DNA from: Nemertoderma westbladi
Lineage: Eukaryota; Animalia; Xenacoelomorpha
Assembly: GCA_032718475.1 (NCBI GenBank)
Contig: JAUCBJ010000583.1
Location: 1-43,255, forward strand
DNA length: 43,255 bases
Direction: 5' to 3'
In this document: positions 33,782 through 43,255 of the stretch, in pieces
How positions within the stretch are numbered: the first letter of the stretch is position 1
Layout: the number at the start of each line of letters is the position of its first letter
Translations under genes and position numbers: made by a program
The notes under the pieces: model-generated
Databases searched by the model: none
What the model saw: the letters and a program-made list of their open reading frames with translations, nothing else
What the model was told of the DNA's origin: nothing

Positions 33782-35197
33782 TTTGGCAATGTATTATATT
33801 ATAGAACTTATCACATTACCACATATCGTAGATACAGTATATGACACTTGTATAGGATGAATAGGCCAGTTCGCATACAAATCAGTTTCAGCACCTGTCG
33901 ATTTTAGTGGTTACATCAGATTATTTTGGCGTATGTAAGTTACATTACTTTATGATAACATTAATATTCCATTGTACAGTACCTAGTTTTGTAACTTTTA
34001 TTCACAATATTACTTATTCTAGAAATCTGTTATTTGAGTAACTGAAGCAGCTGTGCTACAGTAAGTTACATAAATGTAAGGAGAGAGACAGTAACATAAT
34101 AGAGAGAGAGGCGATATTTATTGTAGAAATGCACCCATTGAATAAACTAGTTTCCTAAAACATAAATAAATTGGAGTTGAGCTGTTAATGCAACTGTAAT
34201 TAAAGATGTAATATTTTGTTATAATATGTTATACAGTATTATTAATTAAAGATATAATACAGTACGTATAGCGCTGGTTCAACCCCCGGTGACGCGCTTT
34301 CTCATTTTTTTCCATTTCTGAACAAAACCATAATATTATATATTCCTAAAACATAATCTTATATACCGCAATAAATTGGCACCAACATCTGACTACTCTC
34401 AATATAGGTTACACGTATTATTACCGCTATTTCCCCTTCTATAGTAAGGAATAACCAAATGCATTGCCCTTACTGTATTATTGCATTCCTACTGAAGGTT
34501 ATTGCATCATTGTTCGTTCTGCTGATACATATTTAACATTATAATATGCGTTCAGACCTTTTAAATGGCTTTGTAACCATGCCATATCATCACTGAGGCT
34601 ATAGTCAATACAGTAAGTCATCTCCGGTTGTTACTCTCATAATCATGTCATTTATTGCATCACATATTCTCGGTTATTCTCGTATATTGGATTGGGATTA
34701 CTTCACTAACAATTACATTTTTTGAAATTAGTTCAAAGTGAATACAATCTAGTCTTTTTGTTATTTTTAAATTGTTGTTCTAGCACATGTTTGCTGGTTT
34801 ATAAAAATGTTCCAGAATGTTTTGTCACCTAAAGAGGTCTAGAACATAGTTCTAGAAATTTGATATACAATAGCGAAAATGTTCGTGAATCGTGAACAAA
34901 TACAAATAATATAAAAATGGTCTATAATATACTTCTATACAGTATATATATATATCATACATCTTGTTAAGTAATCCAGAAATTGAACAATAAACCAACA
35001 TATTATAATGTGTATATTGTACCTTTATCCTACCTTTGTACCTGTACCTTTAGTGTTAATATTTAGGCCTACACGAACGAACGGAGCGATGAGTGAAATT
35101 TGTGTGAAATTCTGAATATTTTTTTGGGTCTGAAATTCATAAGGGTTTGCCAAATACGGTCTCGCACTCGCGGACAAACTTAGATAAAAAAATCTAT

Positions 35198-35422
35198 CCG
35201 TACCGTACCGCACCGTACCGTACCGTACCGTACCGTACCGTACCGTACCGTACCGTACCGTACCGTACCGTACCGTACCGTACCGTACCGTACCGTACCG
35301 TACCGTACCGTACCGTACCGTACCGTACCGTACAGTACCGTACCGTACCGTACCGTACCGTACCGTACCGTACCGTACCGTACCGTACCGTACCGTACCG
35401 TACCGTACCGTACCGTACCGTA
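35198..35422. repeat. (TACCG)n pentanucleotide microsatellite, ~44 units
   Basis: Direct reading. Single variants CACCG (35211) and TACAG (35331). Confidence 0.98.
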
Positions 35423-37092
35423 TGGCAAATTATAGGTCAAAAAATTAAAACCAGCTACGGTAAATCATACCGAATAATTTAATATATCACAAACTGGGCT
35501 GCAAACTGCTGAAATGATTTCATAAATTACAGGTTTCCAAAGGAGTTTAAATATCCCGTCACTACATAATGAATTAATTGATAATTAGAGACAGGGGGGG
35601 AAACTGGACGGAAATCCCATCTCGGCGAATTAATATTTCGTATCAATGTTAAATTACCAATTTAGAGAAAGAAGCAGGTTACAGTGGCACTTTATTCTAA
35701 CCAAAACCATAAACCAAAGTCAGTAGGACAGATTACAGTTTTAATTTTGAGAGCAATCAGCTGTTATTTGCGTCGATTTTCCCCTGGAGAGGGATCAATT
35801 TTGATTGCGTCTAAGTCCCATCCTATCTGGATTGTTAATTTTGTCGATATGGGATGTGGTTTCACAGAGAAGGTATATATGTTCCCCAATAGCCCCCCTG
35901 CCTCTCTCTCCACAGAGGTCCTCTGATGGCTCAGGGGCGTGATCCAAAATTATTTCGGAACGGCTTCCGGCAATAAATAACAAGGTGCAGCACTGTAGGG
36001 TTCGTAATTGGCTTTTTTAATTTTTACTGTTTTTGTTTTTTGTATTTGTTTTTTGTTTTGTTTTGAAGATTATTAAATAATAGTTTTTTTTCTTCGCAAA
36101 ATATAAACCTGGCCAGAGCCATACTGACTGATCCCCTGCAGATAACATCTCCTTATTGCTTAAGATCATCCTTATAAACATAGTTTTTATGATTCTTGTG
36201 TTAAATGTTTGTGTAGGATTGCCATAGTTGGAGTGTGATTTTAAATAATCTAACAAAGTGGTGCCGAGGTTATTTTTCACACCATGATAAGAAGAATAAC
36301 TGCGGTGAGACGCTCAAATCTTGATCGAACGCTTGTAGCAAAAGTCCATAGTGAGAAAAATATTCAGACTCAACAACAACAAAGATAGATTAACAACTGT
36401 TTAAGATTTCTCGAAGCTCAACTAAACGTCGAACGAACATCGTTGCATTAGCATATTGTATGGGCCACTGTTTAGATTAAATGTAGTTAATACCCAACTT
36501 GACTTGTTTTTACTGTAGTTCTAGAGCCGTGTTGTTGCTTTGTTATAGTCCTTTGGTGTACTGATGGAATTGAAGAGCCTTAATTTATTACGCTTTCTTC
36601 ACCAGGTAAAAAAAAATAAACATACAGATACAATGCAGAAAGACGAAATATGATATACACTTAAATGATTTTAATTAATTTGTTAAAAATCTGCCATATT
36701 TACAATAACTTGGAAGTACTTCCTCACCCTCACATACACAATAAACAATCAAGTTCAATTTAATCACCTCTCCTAAAAATTAGCTAAAAAACAAAAGATA
36801 TGCCGAATAATTAATACAATCAATAGGGCTACATAGATGCACTTAATAGTTAATATATCAACATTTAAAACTTTTAACCTTACGGAATACCTTCATGAGC
36901 TGCATGACTTATTTCTTGGTAATATTTTTAGAAATAAAATATTTAATAAAATCTTTAAATTTAAAACTTATATAATAGCGCAACACGACCGCAAACACGA
37001 GTTTTATAACCAAAACAATAAACACAATTTTATTTAACTTGCGGTAAATTTGAGCCACATCTGAAGCCATTCCAGAAATCGTTCTCCTCAGT

Positions 37093-38050
37093 TCAGTAAT
37101 TACGACCAAGTGGCGACCGCGATCTATAACCTTTCCTACGCTCCCTAAACGACTCCCTACCCTCAGTGTACTCCCGTCTCTGACTCCTATGGCCTTCCTC
37201 CCTACTCCCGCGCTCTGTATCCACTCTGTGCCGATCGTTGCGATGGTGTCTGCTGCTCGTCTCACGAAGATGAGACCTGGGACTGTCCCAACCGAGTTGT
37301 CCAGTATCCATTCCCCTGTAAGCGGGACTGGGGTTGAAACCCCCTGAGTTATTACTATTGTTATAACCCCCTGAGTTATTACTATTGTTATAACCCCCCG
37401 AGTTATTACTATTGTTATAACCCGCCGAGTTATTAGGCCTACCGGTACTATTGTTAAAAGGAAAACTATTATGTTGAGGCGGCATAACGGGCTGTCGACA
37501 AAACATTTCCGGAGGCAAAATGTTCTGTCTGAACTGAACCTGTTGGTGGAACATGTTCTGTGGCGGCGGAGGCGGTGGTGGGCCCATCGCGATGTTAGCG
37601 GCGCCGTTCACGATGGTGCCGGTAGCGGGACAACTGGGATCGTAACCTTCGACGGAAGGTAACTGCACAGAGGATCGGACACTGTCGGCAGATCGAGAGG
37701 ATTGTTTGTTGGAACGGTCGGAATGACGGTCAGTTTGTCGGAACTTACTGCCTTCTCGTGGTAACAGTTTCAACGGCCGGTTAAATAATCTGATGTTCTG
37801 TAGAAGTTCCATCGTGTAAGGAACGCTTATAGAATGCTGAAACTCTGCGAAACCAAACCCTTTCGGTTTCTTGGTCTCTTTGTCGACGGGTATTTTTACC
37901 GAGGATAGTGGCCCAGCTTGCAGGAATAGTTCGTAGAGGAGTTCTTCTGTAACTCGGTCGTCTAATCCACGGACAAACACAGTGCGGTCTATCACGTTCT
38001 CTATCGTGCCCGCAGGGGGCAGTTGCCATTGGGATGAAGAAATCATCATG
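37093..38050 (-). CDS. RBM7: RRM protein of the RBM7/RBM11 family (NEXT-complex type), intronless
   Basis: DRTVFVRGLDDRVTEELLYELFLQAGPL..VKIPVD...KPKGFGF.EFQHSISVPY...L...IRLFNRPL is the RBM7/11 signature. P/Q-rich, (GGYNNSNNS)x3 and RS/RE-rich tail. Start codon uncertain; RBM7 versus RBM11 cannot be resolved. Confidence 0.85.
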
Positions 38051-38624
38051 CAGTACACCCCAATCGTATTACCGGTAGGTCAGTACTGTAGGTACTTAGG
38101 TATAGGTAGGTACTTCAGCTGTTCAGTACTGCAGTACAGCAGTACCGGTACTGTTCCTGTAGCCTATGAATACTAGTGATAGTGTGATTGACTGATAGGC
38201 TCAATATTTTTTACTGTTATGTTTTATGTTCTTCTCCAAACACTCGCTATGCGATGCGGGTGGTGCACAAAAACAACGGACAGCGGGCAGTGTTAGCTTT
38301 TTTTTATAAATTGAATACTTTTTACTTTTAAATTGAATACGATTGGCTGGAATTGTGAATAAAGGGTCGAGAGAAAATAGAACAATTGTCTACTTTTTTT
38401 TCCCATGTAATACTACTATACGTAATTTTATTCTTAAATTTGGTACTTTTTGTTGTTGCTTAATTCTTTAATAAAACGTACAGCGATATAGTGTTACAAA
38501 ATAAATTGAACTGTTGTATTTTACTATATTACTTCCATAGTTGCTGCAATTCAAATTGGTGGACACTTCAACTCCTGATGCTGCCTTACTCAATGTTAAA
38601 TAATTTAATGTTCTCGAACATTTT

Positions 38625-38950
38625 CCTAGTAGCACACGAACGTTCACCTCACGTTTAGAATAGTTCTAATAACGTGGATAACGTTGTTCTGATAACGTTC
38701 CAGCTGCGTTCACTGTACACGTTCATCTACAGTAGGAAGGGATTTGTCCCGCTCAAAAAACGTTGATTCGACGTCATCTTATAAACGTTAGATATTCGTT
38801 TTAAAATGGTCCGTTCAACTAATTATTTACCGAACTCCTTTTGAACGGCGTAATATTACTTCCTTCCAACGTTCAGAACTGTTGGTTTGAACTGTGCTTG
38901 AACTAAAAGTGTAGTTCAAATATATAATGTAGAAACATTTAACCACTGCT
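38625..38950. mobile_element. Fragment of an AACGTT-rich non-autonomous DNA element (CMC/EnSpm-like)
   Basis: Begins CCTAGTAGCACACGAACGTT, with many AACGTT/GTTC subterminal repeats. No matching other end found. Confidence 0.35.
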
Positions 38951-39666
38951 GAATAGCTGTCAATCATTCACTAATGGTAATATGGAAAAATGCCCCCCCC
39001 CCCCCCCCCCCTCCCCGGACAACTGACCACCGCTTTTAGTGTAACGATTTGTGTACTGCAGGAAAAGTAAATCAACCGAACATGAAAACAAACATTTGCT
39101 TGTTGAAATAACACCACAAGTTTATATTGAATATTACAACTACTTACTTTTATCACTAATATACCGAACATGAGAAACATGGAAAGAAATCTAACAAGGA
39201 GATAAATCAAATAGGAAATACATTATATATCATTAAGGTAAAAGTTAAATAGCTAAGTCTACAGTAAAGTTAATTATTACAGAGTGGGAGTATAATGATA
39301 TCTTTCTATGGGTAGCATTCCTTCGTTTTCTCCTGAATTTTGTAGCTAGTCGAATCCCCACACTCACTCTATCCATAATAAATAGCCTTTCCCAGCTGTA
39401 ACAAAAATAAAATTTATTTAAAAATAAAAAATTAAAAGAAACATTTTATGCACTACTGTACTTCAAAAAAAGGAAGGAGTTGATTATATACAGCAATTAT
39501 ACCTATTGAATAGCATGTTGTATAAGTCACTTTTACTTCAAGTAATATACTGTTAGTAGGCCTATACTTTTATAAACTGTGTACTCTTGCACAAATATGA
39601 AACTGAATCTTTCTAATGTGATGCTCATTTATACATACATACATACAATATACATATAATATATAT

Positions 39667-39915
39667 GCCGCCTCCGCTTTACAGGACATTGCTTTCGCCG
39701 CGAGTACCAGTGAGTCTGTGAACAATCTTGCGCTTTGACACCCCATGACTTTCTTAAGACGCCTCTTAAAGGACATTGGCCTTGGAGATGCTGATAATTA
39801 TGGGGATAGGGAAATGCGGCGGTGGAAGTTTGCACAGTATATAACCTGGCATATCATTATTTGCATGCTGTTTCACAGTAAGCCAATTGAAGGTTGCATG
39901 GTGGTGGAACAAATT
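39667..39915 (+). mobile_element. 3' fragment of the same RTE-like LINE family
   Basis: RLRFTGHCFRREYQ...PMTFLRRLLKDIGL. The 3' sequence resembles 16600-16760. Confidence 0.7.
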
Positions 39916-39969
39916 TTATTTGTTATAGATAGATAGATACTCACATACCACATAATAAAACCGCGCCTG

Positions 39970-40518
39970 CCCATTGCCCCAATCGCGTTTAACTGGTACA
40001 AAAGGGGGGAGGCTGTTAGTAATCCTCTAATTGGCTAATTTCTAAGTCTGCAGTTTGTCGCTACCTACTGTACAATACCGGTACTAAAGATAGACACTGG
40101 TTGAATATTATTGTACTGTGCGTGTCTTTGCACTTACTGTGTAATATATAACATAATGTTTTCTTCCAAGTCATCCTATCATGTATTTAAGTAAACCATA
40201 TCTACTGTAGCTAGGCTAGAATAAATAATGTTGATTATCTAGGTTTTTTATTTCATTATGCAGTCTGAGCTACTGTACTTGTAATTTACATTTAAGCTGT
40301 TTGGTTTAGCCTTCATACCAACTGTATTAAAGAAGACCAAAGCAGGTACATTGTGTACACTACTGTATATCTATTATTATCCGGTACCGGCGTGAGAGGG
40401 TACAAGCTTATGTAGGTAACGACAAACAGCGGTCTGAGATATTAGCCAATTAGAGGGTTACTACAGTACATAACATCCATCTCCTTTTGAACCATGTAAA
40501 CGCAATTGAGCCAATGGG
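39970..40518. mobile_element. Old MITE / inverted-repeat element
   Basis: Arms ~39970-40045 and ~40436-40518: CCCATTG.C.CAAT.GCGTTTA..TGGT.CAAAAGG...GTAA.CCTCTAATTGGCTAAT. Confidence 0.7.
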
Positions 40519-41510
40519 AACACAATATTTCTGCCCCTTTCACAGTTTGTAGGTACTGTAGCCACAATTAGCGGGCTACACGGTTAGAAACCGATAATTT
40601 AAATTTACCACCTGGCTTTCATTGCATTAATTGGCATTCCACTGTCCGCTCTTTAAACGCTCCCCCATTCAAAAAAAGGAATATAATATGTCTACATATG
40701 TAATGGAAAACCCTGATTGTACCATGTACAATGTACATAAGTCAATGCCCTACTGTACAGAATGAATACCTTGAATTATTATATCACCGTCGTCGTGTTA
40801 TACAGTAAGTGCATTTAATGATTTAGTGTGTAAGTGCTAAGTTGAAAAGTTATCGAAATTCAAGTTATCGTACATGAATACACGAATCAAGGAAGGCAAC
40901 CCGAATGCCAGTGAGTATATATTGTAGGCCTAGCTGGTATAGTCATAGTCTACAATGCAGCTTAATAGAGAAAAACACTTACTGTATCAGTAAGCCATAT
41001 TTTAATTTTAAACTTTCATGCAATTTAGTTCTGCATAACCTTTTTTACTGTAGCTACCTTATTACCCGCCTGAGCTACAACTTTATAACAGGTATTCAAT
41101 TCCAACATGCAAGAGAAATATATTTGTAATATAAGTGTACTGTATATACTGTAGAATACAAGGCAGGTGTTTTGTTATGGATGCATAATGTACTACAAAG
41201 TTTGTTGGTTGCCAAGCTCTCTCCATTAAATACAATGGTAATATACATACAATAACTTACAGTAGTGTAGGTACATTTATAATACATTAAAGTTAATTAA
41301 TTGTTTTACAATATCATTTGCGATTTTACGAGAGATATTATTAGTATTTTTTATATTTATCGGTGCCTTTAAAATAAATAAATAAAGTTCTTCATTATAT
41401 TCTGTAGCACGATCTGAGCTTACATATATTTTATTTCGTTATTACAGTATTACATAAATACATCAGCAGGGGTTTACACTTAACATAGTTTACCAAACTT
41501 TATTTAAATA

Positions 41511-42354
41511 ATGAATGATACCGGTGATGAAGGTGGCGTCATTATACTTTCAACCGAGGTTGATACACAAGAAGAAACGCAAGATAGTCATGTCGAAACC
41601 CCGGCAATAGATACAGATGATGTAGAAGATGATAAAAGCGATGGGAAAGTTATCGAAACATATCAATTACCGGAGTATATACAAGTTTTATACGATGTCA
41701 GTGAGATTTGATTATAACGCTAGTGTATACAGTATAACCTACCGGTACACACTGTACGAGGCCTACCTACAGTATGTACATAGTAATCATTGTAGCCATC
41801 AAATACAGTAGGGCTGAAAAAAAAACAATACAAAATAATGCTACTGTATTTAATATACTAATGATGTAATAATGTACTAATAAAGTACAGTAGTATACTA
41901 AGAAAGGTATTTTGCGATTATAAGATACTGTACAACATTAACAATTACATTAACATTAAAACAAAATTATCCTCTTCTTCCCAAATTCATTTTACTGTAG
42001 GCTCGTGGCACTGTTGGAAACTCACTTACATACTACATACACATACAGTACGTCATACTGTAATAACGTACAGCAATAAAGTATTGCAAATTGTATGTTA
42101 ATATTTAAGATGTTTGGGGAGCGAACAGCTGATTCCTTCCTTTACCCGGTAATGAAGAGTCGTCATGGGAAACGGCCAATGAAACGGGAGTTCCGACCAG
42201 AAGGGGTTGGGGCGGGGCCGTTGTGGGAAGTCCTGAGGAATACCTCGATGGACAGATTACGGAGACGGGATGCGAACATCAGAACTGAGTTGAAACAATC
42301 CTATGGGTGTTTCGCTAGAACATGTCTGAGGAACAATGTGCGACCACCTAGAAG
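41511..42354 (+). CDS. Probable first two coding exons (41511-41696, 42110-42354) of an unknown gene continuing past the right edge
   Basis: ATG-initiated acidic exon ending at a GTCAGT donor in phase 0. Acceptor TTTAAG at 42109 keeps the frame into a GC-richer open exon ending AG|GTAGGT. Product not recognised. Confidence 0.45.
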
Positions 42355-42419
42355 GTAGGTTGATGTATACACATACATGGTCGACTCATGCATGAACCAG
42401 TAAGTCTACAGTATTTAAT

Positions 42420-43086
42420 GTTTAAAACCAGTAACCCTATTTATTGTTTAGAACCAGTAACCCTATTTATTATTTAGAACCAGTAACCATATTTATATTG
42501 TTTAGAACCAGTAACCCTATTCATTGTTTAGAACCAGTAACCATACTTATTGTTTAGAACCAGTAACCCTATTTATTGTTTAGAACCAGTAACCATATTT
42601 ATTGATCAGAACCAATAACCATATTTATTGTTTAGAACCAGTAACCCCATTTATTGTTTAGAACCAGTAACCATATTTATTGATTAGAACCAGTAACCCT
42701 ATTTATTGTTTAGCACCAGTAACCCTATTTATTGTTTAGAACCAGTAACCCTATTTATTGTTTAGAACCAGTAACCCTATTTATTGTTTAGAACCAGTAA
42801 CCATATTTATTGTTTAGAACCAGTAACCCTATTTATTGTTTAGAACCAGTAACCATATTTATTGATTGGAACCAGTAACCCTATTTATTGTTTAGAACCA
42901 GTAACCCTATTTATTGTTTAGAACCAGTAACCCTATTTATTGTTTAGAACCAGTAACCCTATTTATTGTTTAGAACCAGTAACCCTATTTATTGTTTAGA
43001 ACCAATAACCCTATTTATTGTTTAGAACCAGTAACCCTATTTATTGTTTAGAACCCGTAACCATATTTATTGTTTAGAACCAGTAA
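42420..43086. repeat. 27-bp minisatellite, ~24-25 copies
   Basis: Unit TTTATTGTTTAGAACCAGTAACC(C/A)TAT in head-to-tail array with no spacers. Confidence 0.97.
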
Positions 43087-43255
43087 TATCACAATGTTTC
43101 AGCTGTTTCTAGCTCTGGATCTGGAACTAAAAGCAATATACAATTATGTATGTATAATCTGGAAGTTTCGATATAATAATACTTTACATCATCATCATCA
43201 GCGTAATACATAAGAAATAAACATAGGAATATGATAAACATAAACAAACAAGCAA

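Noticed and set aside
35147-35482. ORFs with (YRTVP)n and (RYGTV)n repeats
   Set aside because: Translation artefacts of the (TACCG)n microsatellite.
35795-36280. Short minus-strand ORFs between the microsatellite and RBM7
   Set aside because: No recognisable motif, non-ATG starts, and partial overlap with a dispersed repeat.
42420-43086. Regular 27-bp array as CRISPR or telomere
   Set aside because: Head-to-tail units with no unique spacers in a eukaryotic context. Only one TAACCC per unit, so it is a minisatellite.

Overview
AT-rich, repeat-dense eukaryotic DNA, most likely from an invertebrate animal; the organism cannot be named from the sequence. The left third holds an apparently intact BEL/Pao LTR retrotransposon on the minus strand, with an unusually long 2700-aa Gag-Pol ORF and a long, tandemly repeated 5' leader. 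Behind pol lie about 1.6 kb of structured non-coding sequence and a second minus-strand ORF that runs off the left edge. No LTR pair is visible. Host genes are EF-1-gamma (4 coding exons), intronless DDX49/DBP8, an intronless RBM7/RBM11-like gene, an orphan intronless 625-aa ORF with a possible split pseudo-RhoGAP, and the probable 5' exons of an unknown plus-strand gene at the right edge. The rest is Harbinger, MITE, LINE and SINE debris plus micro- and minisatellites. The most striking unannotated signals are: (1) non-coding DNA saturated with words that look like DNA-transposon excision footprints (TACWGTA, TACCGGTA, TAGGCCTA, 8-bp duplications), with empty-versus-filled sites visible inside the window and hotspots just 5' of housekeeping genes; (2) a cassette of strand-specific RNA structures, one duplicated with structure-preserving stem changes, between the retrotransposon pol and its downstream ORF.
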